Positions 39,928 to 49,570 of a DNA stretch of 64,000 bases are shown here, one piece after another (the stretch's first letter is position 1; each line of letters begins with the position of its first letter). The notes beneath the pieces were generated by a model. The model worked only from the letters and a program-made list of their open reading frames with translations. It was not told where the DNA came from and did no database searches. Origin of the DNA: an uncultured Candidatus Berkelbacteria bacterium (GTDB taxonomy: Bacteria; Patescibacteriota; UBA1384; UBA12157); NCBI GenBank assembly GCA_903877885.1, contig CAIRFN010000006.1, positions 86,054 to 150,053 of the forward strand, in the 5' to 3' direction. Position numbers and translations under genes: made by a program.

Positions 39928-41187
39928 ATGCAAAGAAACAATTCTCGCAGCAGCTTTGGTCGTAACCGAAGCTCAAACTTTAGATCAAACAGCGGTACAA
40001 CCACTCCAAGACCGTCTTTTCATGGTTCTGGAAATCGTGGTAATTTTGGTGGTGGTCGCAAATTTCGTGGTGAACGAATCGATATTTCCAAATTTATTAG
40101 AAAAGCGGTTATTCGTCCAGTTGTAGAAACCGTGGAAATTAAAAATACATTTTCTGATTTTGCGCTTTGTGCTCCGCTTTTGGACAACTTAAAACAAAGA
40201 AATTATTTAACGCCAACGCCAATTCAAGATCAATCGATTAACCATATCTTGGAAGGTCGCGACATTATTGGACTAGCTAACACTGGAACCGGTAAAACGG
40301 CTGCCTTTTTATTACCTTTAATCAACAAAGTTTTTTTAGACCCAAGCCAAAAAGTTTTAATTATCACTCCAACACGAGAATTAGCTTTTCAAATTGAAGA
40401 AGAATTACGCAAATTCTCTTGGGGAATGCGCATCTTTTTTGCTTGTTGTGTTGGTGGCGCGCCAATTTATAAACAAATTGGAAATTTACGCCGTAATCCA
40501 AATTTTGTCATCGGTACGCCCGGTCGTTTAAATGATATGATCGATCGTCACCAAATTCGTTTAAACGAATTTAACAATATTGTTTTGGACGAAGTTGATC
40601 GGATGTTGGACATGGGTTTTATTAATGTTATTACCGAAATGCTTAAAGCCATGCCAGCCGAACGACAATCCTTATTTTTCTCGGCTACTTTGCCGCTTAA
40701 AATCCGTGGTTTTATTGGTCAGTTTTTAAATAAGCCAGTGATGGTCGAAGTTAAAACCGGCGACACAGCCGAGCATGTTGATCAAGATGTTATTCGCTAT
40801 GAACGCGAAGAAACTAAATTGGATCACTTATCAAACTTACTGAAAGATCCAGAATTTAGTCGAGTTTTAATTTTCGCGGAAACAAAAATGGAAGTCGAGA
40901 AACTAACTTCCAGCCTTTTGTATGGTGGTTTCAAAGCCGAATCAATTCATTCTAATAAAAATCAATCTCAACGCTCCAGAACTTTGAGTCAATTTAAAAC
41001 TGGCGCAATTAATATTATGGTTGCCACTGACGTGGCCGCTCGAGGCTTAGACATCAAAGACGTTACTCATGTTATTAATTACACTATTCCGCAAACTTAT
41101 AATGATTATATTCATCGAATCGGTCGAACCGGTCGGGCCGACCGTATGGGCAAGGCCTTGACCTTCGTCCCACAAAACGTTTACTAA
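39928..41187 (+). CDS. DEAD-box ATP-dependent RNA helicase (DEVD variant) with RG-rich N-terminus
   Basis: Q-motif 'PTPIQ', Walker A 'ANTGTGKT', 'DEVD', 'SAT', 'HRIGRTGRA'. Confidence 0.9.
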   Translation: MQRNNSRSSFGRNRSSNFRSNSGTTTPRPSFHGSGNRGNFGGGRKFRGERIDISKFIRKAVIRPVVETVEIKNTFSDFALCAPLLDNLKQRNYLTPTPIQDQSINHILEGRDIIGLANTGTGKTAAFLLPLINKVFLDPSQKVLIITPTRELAFQIEEELRKFSWGMRIFFACCVGGAPIYKQIGNLRRNPNFVIGTPGRLNDMIDRHQIRLNEFNNIVLDEVDRMLDMGFINVITEMLKAMPAERQSLFFSATLPLKIRGFIGQFLNKPVMVEVKTGDTAEHVDQDVIRYEREETKLDHLSNLLKDPEFSRVLIFAETKMEVEKLTSSLLYGGFKAESIHSNKNQSQRSRTLSQFKTGAINIMVATDVAARGLDIKDVTHVINYTIPQTYNDYIHRIGRTGRADRMGKALTFVPQNVY

Positions 41188-41197
41188 GAAATAAAGC

Positions 41198-41242
41198 AAA
41201 CCAATAAAAAACCAACCTCCGGGGTTGGTTTTTTATTGGTTT
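41198..41242. terminator. bidirectional rho-independent terminator with a perfect 20-bp stem
   Basis: AAACCAATAAAAAACCAACC / GGTTGGTTTTTTATTGGTTT between convergent genes. Confidence 0.7.
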
Positions 41243-41251
41243 AAAATATTT

Positions 41252-42715
41252 TTAAATTTTTCCGAGATCTAAAACATCATTAAATTTTATTTGGGCGACA
41301 AAGTCGGGCATGTGACTAACCATGATTACAGTACCGGAAAAATCATTAATAGCTTTGGCAATGACTGGCAAATGTCTAAAGTTGATGTGGTTAGTTGGTT
41401 CATCTAAAATCAAAAGTCCCGGTTGCATTAAAACGAGTCGAGCAAAACTCAAAAGTCCTTTTTGTCCTTCAGAGAGCTCACTGATTTTTCGGCCCATCAA
41501 ATCGCCAGTGATTAAAAAGCCGGCGGCGACCGATCGAAGTGTCTGTTCGTCAGTACCTTCAAGCAAAATTGAAGTTAAGGACTCAAAAACGGTTTGGTCA
41601 AAATCTAAATTGGAAAAATCTTGGCTGTAATAACCAACGCGAACTCCGTCTAAAATTTTAGCGTGTTCGTTTTTGCCACTGACCAAACTGCGTAAAAATG
41701 TGCTTTTGCCAACGCCGTTTGGACCAGCGACTAAAAGATGCATTTTCTTACGTAATTTAAGATCAACCTTTTTCATCTGTGGCTCGTGATTGCGAATGAC
41801 TTTGATGGCATCAATTTCCACAATATTACCAACAATGTCTTGGACTTCAATGTCAAAATTTCGAATGGTGCGATCTTCGCGACGGACATCCACCATATTT
41901 TCTTCCATATCGGCCGCTTCGTCTTTGAGTTTTTTAGCCAGCTGGCGCATTTTTCCACCTTTGTGGGCGAAAAAGTTAACCTTCTCTTTACGGTCGATAA
42001 TCGAACGGTGCAGTTGAGCATTTTTCATTTGTTCGCGCTCAATTCGCTTGGTGATTTCCAAGACGACGGAATAATAATCGCCAACATAGGTTTCAATTTT
42101 GTGAGTAAAATTATCCAAATAAATAACACCTTCGGTAAAACAATTCAAAAAGTCAGCGTCATGAGAAATCACAATCACGGTTTTTGGGTACATGACCAAA
42201 AATTCAATCAAATGGTCGATGCCGGCTTGATCTAAATTATTGGTCGGCTCGTCGAGTAATAAAATATCGGAATTTTGAATTAAGGCAAATGAAAGTAATA
42301 ATCGCGCTTGTTGACCACCGGAAAGTTCACCAACTTTTCGTTCGGTCGGGACATCTAAGTTAACCGCAGTCATCACCTTATACATTCGGCTTTGCAAATC
42401 ATTTGGAGTTTCGTCAAAGGCTTTGGTAAAATATTCGGTGACGGTTAAATCTAAATCTTCGCGAGCTACAACCTGACGGGCAGTCGCAATTGAAGCGTGA
42501 TTAGTGACGGAAACTTGACCGGCTTTAGGTTTTAATTCGCCAGTGATTAATTTAAATAGAGAACTTTTGCCAGCGCCATTTTGGCCCATCAAAGTAATTT
42601 TGGCTGATTGGCGCACCGAAAAACTAGCGCCACTTAAAATTGGCTTGTCATGAACATATTCAAAATCAACTTCGTCGAATCGTAAAATTACTTCTTCTGG
42701 CATGGTTTTTGTCAT
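41252..42715 (-). CDS. ABC-F family ATPase (tandem ABC domains, no TMD)
   Basis: Two Walker A sites (GQNGAGKSS, GPNGVGKST) and two signature motifs (LSGGQQAR, LSEGQKGL). Confidence 0.8.
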   Translation of the reverse strand: MTKTMPEEVILRFDEVDFEYVHDKPILSGASFSVRQSAKITLMGQNGAGKSSLFKLITGELKPKAGQVSVTNHASIATARQVVAREDLDLTVTEYFTKAFDETPNDLQSRMYKVMTAVNLDVPTERKVGELSGGQQARLLLSFALIQNSDILLLDEPTNNLDQAGIDHLIEFLVMYPKTVIVISHDADFLNCFTEGVIYLDNFTHKIETYVGDYYSVVLEITKRIEREQMKNAQLHRSIIDRKEKVNFFAHKGGKMRQLAKKLKDEAADMEENMVDVRREDRTIRNFDIEVQDIVGNIVEIDAIKVIRNHEPQMKKVDLKLRKKMHLLVAGPNGVGKSTFLRSLVSGKNEHAKILDGVRVGYYSQDFSNLDFDQTVFESLTSILLEGTDEQTLRSVAAGFLITGDLMGRKISELSEGQKGLLSFARLVLMQPGLLILDEPTNHINFRHLPVIAKAINDFSGTVIMVSHMPDFVAQIKFNDVLDLGKI

Positions 42716-42829
42716 TGCGATCCGCCGGCTGGCGGAGTGGCAATCCTTCAATTAAATAAAATGGCGTATTCTTTACGCCAATAAAAATAGTATATCATAA
42801 AAATCGTCGAAAGTCCAGCTTTAAGTAAT

Positions 42830-42863
42830 AAAAAACCGCTTATTGCTAAGCGGTCTGATTTTT
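42830..42863 (-). terminator. rho-independent terminator closing the radical-SAM operon
   Basis: Minus strand CCGCTTAGCAATAAGCGG followed by TTTTTT; overlaps the stop codon of 42846..43466. Confidence 0.55.
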
Positions 42864-43466
42864 ATTGAATGGTAGTTGTTCTAATAGCTGTTCGTGAATT
42901 TTAGTATGCCTCAACCAGATTATTTTTTTAATAATTAATGGTAATTTCTTGGTTTTTAAGAAGAAAAGATTCTGCCATGTTTGGGCTGAAATCATTTCTT
43001 CCAGATGACCTTGGATTAAATCAACTTGGTAGAAATTAGCAAAGCCAAACAAAGTTTCGGTGATTGAGCTAATACTGGCTCTAATCTCTGGTTCTGGTCC
43101 TGGTTCATCTTGATCGGCTAAGCGTCGAATTTTTTCACTTTGTTCGATCAGTGAGAAAAATCGAGTCAACGGGTCAAAACTTTCGGTGGAAACAATATTG
43201 ACAGTTTCCGGAAAATCTAACTCATTAATATAACAAAACCGAATCAAGACAAAGAGGATATCGGAAAGTTCATCGACTAATTTGTGTCGAGATTTTTGTC
43301 CATGGCGATATTTTTCCCAAATTGTCAGCATTCTTCCAAGCGAACCGATCTCTGTGACTAATTCCAAAAAAGTGGTGTCATTGGTCCAGATTCTCGGTTC
43401 AATCTTGTCAAAACCTTTGATCGTTGGGATCGAAGCTTCGATTAGTTGATCGATGTTAATGGTCAT
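42846..43466 (-). CDS. MazG-like all-alpha NTP pyrophosphohydrolase superfamily protein (divergent, tentative)
   Basis: 'W...FLELVTEIGSLGRMLTIWEKY...KLVDELSDILFVLIRFCYINELDF' resembles the MazG 'E.GEL...ELaDvl..l' pattern, but the first EExxE is degenerate. Confidence 0.4.
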   Translation of the reverse strand: MTINIDQLIEASIPTIKGFDKIEPRIWTNDTTFLELVTEIGSLGRMLTIWEKYRHGQKSRHKLVDELSDILFVLIRFCYINELDFPETVNIVSTESFDPLTRFFSLIEQSEKIRRLADQDEPGPEPEIRASISSITETLFGFANFYQVDLIQGHLEEMISAQTWQNLFFLKTKKLPLIIKKIIWLRHTKIHEQLLEQLPFNKNQTA

Positions 43467-44733
43467 TTTTTTCTCCTAACAAATCGACAAAGCAGTAAGG
43501 ATCTTCGCCATTTAGTTTGCCGGTGGCAAAATAGGCGCCGATTGGGCAGGTGCCAAAGCACTTTTTAGTCCAATATTGGCAAGAGAAACATTTTTCCGGT
43601 TTACAGGATTTAAGTTGGCGATAATTCTGCCAGGTTGGTGACTCGTGCCAGATTTTCAGCAGGCTTTCTTCAAGCAAATTACCAGCCACAAACAAGCTTT
43701 TTTCTAAGTCTGTTAGCAACTCCATTTTTTGGACTGGAGCGACTTCACAAGGAAAAACATTGCCTTGTGGTGAAACAAAAGCAAATTCTCGGCCCGCCGG
43801 ACAAGCGTGAATTCTGGGTACAATCGGGTGGGCCGGCAGATTTTCAGTGGACAATAAATCAAAATCCATTACCACTTTAGCTTTAGGATATTTTTTGCGC
43901 CAACCTTCAACCAGTCGATTGAATTCGAGTGTTTCGGCCGCGGTCAACATTTGCTTCTGAACTTCTTCATTGGCACCGCGGCCGAATGGCCTTGGATGAA
44001 TAAAATCGATCAAAAGTAAATCTAATTGCTGACAGAGTGCTAATAGTGGCTCGACTGATTGATAATTAAGACGGGACAAAACCGTGTTGATTCTGACTTT
44101 GGGAATTCCCGCCGCTTTCAAACGGCTGATTGTTGCCACAGTCTGGTCATACGATCCGCCGGGCCGGAAATTGTCATTAATCTTTTTCGGGCCGTCGAGC
44201 GAAATAATCACATCGTCGATTTGGCGTTTGCAAATTTCATGAGTTAATTCATCAGTCCAAACGCCATTACTGGCTAGGCTGGTGTAAAAACCCAATTCAA
44301 TGGCATAGTCCAAAATCTCCAAAAAGTCTGGTCGCATAGTTGGTTCTCCGCCAGTTAAACGCGCTTCGAACACGCCGACGCGATGCATCTCATCCAGAAC
44401 TTTTTTCCAGTCTTCGGTGGTCATTTCGTTTTCCAAGGCTTGACCCGCCCCGTTGTAACACATTTTGCAACGCAGGTTACATTTACGAGTTAAAACCAAG
44501 TAAAGGCGATTTGGTGCCATAATGGTTTGACTGGGATACACTCCTTGAAAAGTCTGGTGAGAGTCGCTGTTTGAATCTCCGGCTTGACAGAAAAAGCAGT
44601 TGTCTTGGTTTAGGAATGTTTCTGCCTCTTCGCTTGAGCAAGTGAAAAATCGGCGACTGACTGCATCAAATACAGTGAAATAGGAACTAATAGCCAGTTC
44701 TTGTCTGGCTCGATATCGTAGTTTACTCATCAT
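43456..44733 (-). CDS. Radical SAM / SPASM-domain enzyme with an ~85-aa N-terminal extension (RRE-like)
   Basis: 'CNLRCKMC' CX3CX2C; C-terminal Cys-rich SPASM ('CPAG...C...CFSCQYWTKKCFGTCP'). Confidence 0.8.
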   Translation of the reverse strand: MMSKLRYRARQELAISSYFTVFDAVSRRFFTCSSEEAETFLNQDNCFFCQAGDSNSDSHQTFQGVYPSQTIMAPNRLYLVLTRKCNLRCKMCYNGAGQALENEMTTEDWKKVLDEMHRVGVFEARLTGGEPTMRPDFLEILDYAIELGFYTSLASNGVWTDELTHEICKRQIDDVIISLDGPKKINDNFRPGGSYDQTVATISRLKAAGIPKVRINTVLSRLNYQSVEPLLALCQQLDLLLIDFIHPRPFGRGANEEVQKQMLTAAETLEFNRLVEGWRKKYPKAKVVMDFDLLSTENLPAHPIVPRIHACPAGREFAFVSPQGNVFPCEVAPVQKMELLTDLEKSLFVAGNLLEESLLKIWHESPTWQNYRQLKSCKPEKCFSCQYWTKKCFGTCPIGAYFATGKLNGEDPYCFVDLLGEKNDH

Positions 44734-45620
44734 ACGCTCACTTTCTCGAGTTGGTCGATAAACCAGGCCTCGAAGTCCAGCGCGGCCGAACTGCCGCTTT
44801 CCACTGCCACGTCCAGTAAATGATCTAAATACTGGTCGTAGGTTGTGGCATTGTATTCTTCCAGAGTTTTACAAAAACTCAAACCGAAAACTTCGGCCGC
44901 GCCAAATTTGAAATTGGCGTTGTTGGGAAAAGATTTAATCCGCGGTAAAACATAGGTGACTCCATTGTAAAACAACGGATTATACGGTCTGTCAATCTGG
45001 CATATAGTGTTAAAAACTTGGTTTTGACCGATTCGATCAATGGTGGAAATTTCCATAATTTGAATCGGAAAATCCAGTCGCCTGATGGTCAAATGCGGAT
45101 TAGTGTAGGCGATTCCAGTTATTTCGTTTTTAATTGCTGGTAAACCGTTTTCCACAAAAATTGATTGAGCGTGAAAATGAGGTTCAAAACTGGCGCCAGA
45201 ATTTTTCATATTGCAAAACACACTTGAACCGCATTGAGTTGAAAATTCTCTCAGAAATCGGAAGTCTTTGACTTTTGGATTCGGTCGATGCTCGTCAGTC
45301 AAAATTAAATAATGACAAATCGCCGAGCAACGGGGATGAAGCAGAAATGTCATATGATCGGATTTCGCGGTTTTAATTAAACCCGAGCCGGTTTCTTCCG
45401 GATCGCAGAGAAAACAGATTTGCTTACCGTTAGCGTCAAATTGTGGTATTGCTTGGGTTAAATACCATTTTTCAATATTTTGCGAATAAATTACGGTCAA
45501 ATATTGTCTTTTTGTCGGATCTTCTGGCCGCAAGATTTTGCGCTTGCAGACATCGTCTTTCATGGTTTGACCATGAACTTGTTCCCAGGTTTCGCGTAGA
45601 ACCGTATTTAAATCTGGCAT
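44730..45620 (-). CDS. GalT-family (HIT superfamily) nucleotidyltransferase/phosphorylase-like protein
   Basis: Zn-site-like 'QICFLCDPEE' and active-site-like 'SFEPHFHAQ' (compare GalT 'CFLC', 'SNPHPHGQ'); RBS GGGGGA before MPDLNTV. Confidence 0.6.
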   Translation of the reverse strand: MPDLNTVLRETWEQVHGQTMKDDVCKRKILRPEDPTKRQYLTVIYSQNIEKWYLTQAIPQFDANGKQICFLCDPEETGSGLIKTAKSDHMTFLLHPRCSAICHYLILTDEHRPNPKVKDFRFLREFSTQCGSSVFCNMKNSGASFEPHFHAQSIFVENGLPAIKNEITGIAYTNPHLTIRRLDFPIQIMEISTIDRIGQNQVFNTICQIDRPYNPLFYNGVTYVLPRIKSFPNNANFKFGAAEVFGLSFCKTLEEYNATTYDQYLDHLLDVAVESGSSAALDFEAWFIDQLEKVSV

Positions 45621-45746
45621 TTTCGTTTCCCCCTGATTGTTAAGGTATCTCATCCTGATTCCAATCTTCAATTTTAATTCAAGATTGGAATAAAAACCGG
45701 AGAACTTTGAAAGTCTCCGGATCTCTAAATTTACTTCAGAGATTGA

Positions 45747-47120
45747 TTAAAGATATTTTTTGTAGCAGTAAGGGTCCTGGCCATAGAGTTTGCTATTTTC
45801 GATTCGGCCACCGTTGGCAATAACCATTGCTCGGCATTTGCCTTCGCATTGCTTCATATAGAATCGACAACCGTGGCAACCGACCTTCTTGGTATTGCGG
45901 AAGTGTTCCATCGATGGGTGAAGCCAGGCTTCTTGAACTGAAGTATCGATTAAGTTCGGTCCTTTAAATTCCGGTTCATCCATCAGGAAACTGCAGGCGT
46001 TGACCGAGCCGTCAGGGCAAAGCCCAAAACCGGTTGAAAGCGCGCCGCAATCCGAATAATTGAATGGGTAAGGCAGCTCGCTTTTATCCGGGTAGTCGGG
46101 TGAGAAGCAATCCATGTTCTTGTGGATAATTTTGATACCCGATTCGCGGATGAACGTCGTTTCTCTTGTTTGTTGAACCGCTCGGCAAAATTCCATATAT
46201 TCCTCGGTGCTCAACATGGTGTCGGGAAGCCCCGTGGTACTGCGACCATATGGCCGCAGAGGCACAAAGTTCAGGTTATAACCATGCTGTGCGGCTAAAC
46301 TGGCGACATAAGGCATTTCTATTGCGTTATCGCGAGCTACGGTCATATTGATAGTGACACCGATGGTTTTCTGGTGACAACGGTTATAGTGATCCAGAAA
46401 ATCGAAAGTCCACATGATTTTGCTAAACGTGCCGAGATTGCGACGTTTGTCATTGGTTTCTTCAGTGCCTTCCAGGGAAATGATGACTTCGTCGACTCCG
46501 GCATCAGTAATATCTTTGGCTACTTGCTCGCTCCAACAGCCGTTGGTATTGAGCATCACGGCCATGCCTAAACTTTTGGCATAAGCAATAGCTTGGGGTA
46601 AGTCGTCGCAAGAAGTCGCTTCGCCGCCGGTAAAACGCCATTCCATGGTGCCAGCGAGATAAAATTTATCCATAATCTGCATTGTTTGTCCTAATGTTCG
46701 CCGGTGACTGTCAGCATTTTTGCTGGCCGCCAAACAACATTGGGGGCAATCCAGATTGCATTGTCGAGTGTAAGTGTCATAGACGCGAAGCGGGGCACTC
46801 AAACAATGTTGGGGGATAATTGGGTTTCGAACTAATCGGGTTTTGCCATTGTAAACACAGTTAACATAATCGTTATCCATGATTTCCAAGGCACCCATAT
46901 CCACAAAGCGCATAATTTCGGCGCGATCATAACCATATTTAATTAAATCTGGTATGTGTACGCCGTATGATCCGCAATGTTTAGTGATATGATCAGCTTG
47001 CAATATTTCCGCTACCATTTTATAGGTTCTGTCATCCAAAACATCGCAGCGGATTTTTTGAGCATCATGTAAGATGCCACCGAAATACTCTTTTCGAAGG
47101 GTAAAGCGCGTAGTTATCAT
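45747..47120 (-). CDS. Radical SAM / SPASM-domain enzyme with N-terminal RRE-like (PqqD-type) extension
   Basis: RBS AGGAGGTG before 'MITTRFTLRKEYFGGIL...'; 'CNLDCPQC' CX3CX2C; C-terminal SPASM cysteines. Confidence 0.8.
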   Translation of the reverse strand: MITTRFTLRKEYFGGILHDAQKIRCDVLDDRTYKMVAEILQADHITKHCGSYGVHIPDLIKYGYDRAEIMRFVDMGALEIMDNDYVNCVYNGKTRLVRNPIIPQHCLSAPLRVYDTYTRQCNLDCPQCCLAASKNADSHRRTLGQTMQIMDKFYLAGTMEWRFTGGEATSCDDLPQAIAYAKSLGMAVMLNTNGCWSEQVAKDITDAGVDEVIISLEGTEETNDKRRNLGTFSKIMWTFDFLDHYNRCHQKTIGVTINMTVARDNAIEMPYVASLAAQHGYNLNFVPLRPYGRSTTGLPDTMLSTEEYMEFCRAVQQTRETTFIRESGIKIIHKNMDCFSPDYPDKSELPYPFNYSDCGALSTGFGLCPDGSVNACSFLMDEPEFKGPNLIDTSVQEAWLHPSMEHFRNTKKVGCHGCRFYMKQCEGKCRAMVIANGGRIENSKLYGQDPYCYKKYL

Positions 47121-47130
47121 GGTCCACCTC

Positions 47131-48117
47131 CTACAGTGTCCAGTTCGGGTCTTTGGCAAAGAGTTTATCAATCAAGACTTGATAGCTGGAAAACCAGCTT
47201 TCTTTAGTCGCCAGGCAAATACCGCAACAAGCTAAGTCGGCATGGCCATCTAAACTTGATTGGCGAATCGCTTGGAATTTGTCGTTTTGCCAAATTCTGG
47301 CAATCGTCTGGTCAGGATCATTTAAATCTCCAACCAGATCGTGATCAGCCCAATCATTGAAACAAGCGTTAACTTGTCCCCAGGGATTGATGGAAAATCT
47401 TGTCCAAAGTTGTGCACAAGGCACAACTTTACTTCTGTCTTGATCGCCAATTGGCGCCAACCGTCCACCATAGGTATGGTAGGGACGAACAATTGTCATA
47501 TCGGCCAGCTTATTCCAGTAATTCAAAAAAGTTTCTTTCTCTTCCTGGAATTCCGGACAATCAACGGCCGAAACAATAATGCGGGTTTGATAACCACCGC
47601 TGTTACGCAACCGAATTAAATTAATGGCATTTTTAACTACCGTTTGAAAATAATTCGTGCCACGAAACTGTTGGTACAATTTTTCGCTAGCCGCATCAAT
47701 GCTTAATTCCAGTAGATCGATGCCAGTATCCAGAAGATTTCTGGCATAGGTGTCGTCCAAAAGGATTACATTGGTAAAACTAGTAACTCTTTTTACACCG
47801 GCTTTTTTGGCATACTTAGCCATATCAATGTAATGCGGGTGCATTAGTGGTTCGCCTCGGCCGTGAAAACGGAGAATTGACCACGGGTATTTTGCAATCT
47901 CGTCAGCGATTTTGGGAAAGAGTTTCCATGGAAAAAATGCCTTTTTCCGGGGATCGAATTCTCCAGTTTTATCTTGTCCCATTTGACCGCGGCGAGACAG
48001 TCCCACCGGGCATTTAAGACAATTGCTGTTGCAAATGTAATGCTCTAAAGCAATTTGAACGACAACAGGAAATTCCTGCTCTTCACTGGTTTGAAAACCA
48101 TAGCTGAAATCTTTCAT
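47131..48117 (-). CDS. Radical SAM enzyme with SPASM/twitch-like C-terminal cysteines, no N-terminal extension
   Basis: 'CNSNCLKC' CX3CX2C at residue ~28; C-terminal 'C...C...CCGIC'; RBS AAAGGAGG. Confidence 0.7.
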   Translation of the reverse strand: MKDFSYGFQTSEEQEFPVVVQIALEHYICNSNCLKCPVGLSRRGQMGQDKTGEFDPRKKAFFPWKLFPKIADEIAKYPWSILRFHGRGEPLMHPHYIDMAKYAKKAGVKRVTSFTNVILLDDTYARNLLDTGIDLLELSIDAASEKLYQQFRGTNYFQTVVKNAINLIRLRNSGGYQTRIIVSAVDCPEFQEEKETFLNYWNKLADMTIVRPYHTYGGRLAPIGDQDRSKVVPCAQLWTRFSINPWGQVNACFNDWADHDLVGDLNDPDQTIARIWQNDKFQAIRQSSLDGHADLACCGICLATKESWFSSYQVLIDKLFAKDPNWTL

Positions 48118-48128
48118 CTCAACCTCCT

Positions 48129-49406
48129 TTAGCGGTTGTCTGGTAACGTTTGGGCCCAGCTTCGTTGGAGTTTTCGCTCCATGGTCTCGATGACCAAATC
48201 ACGCCAAACCTCCACATCCTGTGGTGTAAAATATTCGGTTTGGACAACATAACAAGTGCTCCTGCCTCGACCGACTTGAATATATTTACTGTAATCGCGG
48301 TCAATTGTGGCGCCATATGCCTCGGGATTTTCCCAGACTGCTGTTCCCGGATAGGGAATAAACGGATAAACCACGAATTCATCAAACGGACAATTTTTTA
48401 ATCCTTCAATAGATTCGTAGATAGTTTCTTCTGTTTCACCAGGAAAACCAACCAGAATATAAATTCTAACTTTTAATCCGGCGGCTTTGGCGTTTTGAAT
48501 GGCTTTTAGATTAGTCTCGGCTCGAGTTTGTTTTCCCAAAATAGAAAGCATTTTATTAGACATACTTTCCACACCAATAGCGACATGACGACAACCACTT
48601 TGAGCTAACTGCTCGCAGGCGGTTGAGTTTAAGTTATTGGCTCTGGCAAAAACTCGATAGAGAATATCTAGCGGCGCAATTGCTTTGGTCATTTCGGTAA
48701 TACGATGCGGCGAAAAGGTAAATAAGTCATCACTAAAACGGAAATTGGTTGTGCCGAAATTCGCGTTTAAACTTTGAATTTCAGTGACAACATTTTCCGG
48801 TGAGCGAAATCTTAATTGACCTCGACTAAACACCAGGCTGTTACAAAATTTGCAATTGTATGGACAACCCCGGCTAGAAATCAAACTAATACTTGGTTTT
48901 GTCTCTACAATTCGATTGTAACTAGCTAAATCGGTCAAATCATAATTTGGAAAAGGTAATCGATCTAAATCCTGAAGTGGTTGACCAACTAAAATACCTT
49001 TGGCTAGATAGCCATTGGCTTTGTAATTGGTAATTACTTCAGGAAAAGTTTGATCAGCCTCGCCAGTAATAATTAAATCAAAATCTTTGGCCGATTCGAC
49101 AGCAAGCGCACTAACATGCGGCCCGCCAGCAATAGTTAAAGCTTGCGGGTTAATATTTTGCAATATTAAATTTTTTATTTCCAAAGTTCGCGCGTAAGTT
49201 ACCGAATAAGTCGAGAAAGCATAAATTTTAGCGGCAGGGATTTGTTCGAGCCACTTGGTTGAGTCGAGGCCTGACAGATCGCAGATCTGACAAGAAATGC
49301 CCATTTTTTGAACAAGAGTGGCCAGGTAAAGAATGCCGAGTGGCGCTTCAAGCCGATCGTCATTTAATTCCGGGCACGGTGTGTTGACGAAAACTACGTC
49401 ACGCAT
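48129..49406 (-). CDS. B12-binding-domain radical SAM enzyme (class B)
   Basis: N-terminal Rossmann-like B12-binding region; 'CPYNCKFC' CX3CX2C; RBS GGGGGA. Confidence 0.75.
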   Translation of the reverse strand: MRDVVFVNTPCPELNDDRLEAPLGILYLATLVQKMGISCQICDLSGLDSTKWLEQIPAAKIYAFSTYSVTYARTLEIKNLILQNINPQALTIAGGPHVSALAVESAKDFDLIITGEADQTFPEVITNYKANGYLAKGILVGQPLQDLDRLPFPNYDLTDLASYNRIVETKPSISLISSRGCPYNCKFCNSLVFSRGQLRFRSPENVVTEIQSLNANFGTTNFRFSDDLFTFSPHRITEMTKAIAPLDILYRVFARANNLNSTACEQLAQSGCRHVAIGVESMSNKMLSILGKQTRAETNLKAIQNAKAAGLKVRIYILVGFPGETEETIYESIEGLKNCPFDEFVVYPFIPYPGTAVWENPEAYGATIDRDYSKYIQVGRGRSTCYVVQTEYFTPQDVEVWRDLVIETMERKLQRSWAQTLPDNR

Positions 49407-49460
49407 TTGTTCCCCCTTCGACCCTTAAGCTTTTAAGGTTCATCGAAATTGAACACCTTC

Positions 49461-49488
49461 AGTATAGTCTCTTTTGTCAATCTGTCAA
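49461..49488 (-). promoter_or_regulatory. sigma70-like promoter (TTGACA-16-TATACT) upstream of the B12-rSAM gene
   Basis: Read on the minus strand in the 146-bp gap; -35 hexamer is duplicated (TTGACAgaTTGACA). Confidence 0.45.
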
Positions 49489-49539
49489 GAGGGTAAAGTT
49501 AAAAATTAAAAGTGTTTATTGTGAAATCGACGGATATTA

Positions 49540-49570
49540 AAAAAAGCGGTGTTTAGCCGCTTTTGGTATT
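49540..49570 (-). terminator. terminator-like hairpin overlapping the stop of the RNB gene
   Basis: Minus strand AAAGCGG-CTAAACA-CCGCTTT followed by TTTT. Confidence 0.45.

Noticed and set aside
49407-49552. 14-codon ORF (MNLKSLRVEGGTNA) in the RNB/B12-rSAM gap
   Set aside because: Too short and overlaps the RBS of the next gene; the gap is better explained as promoter plus terminator.
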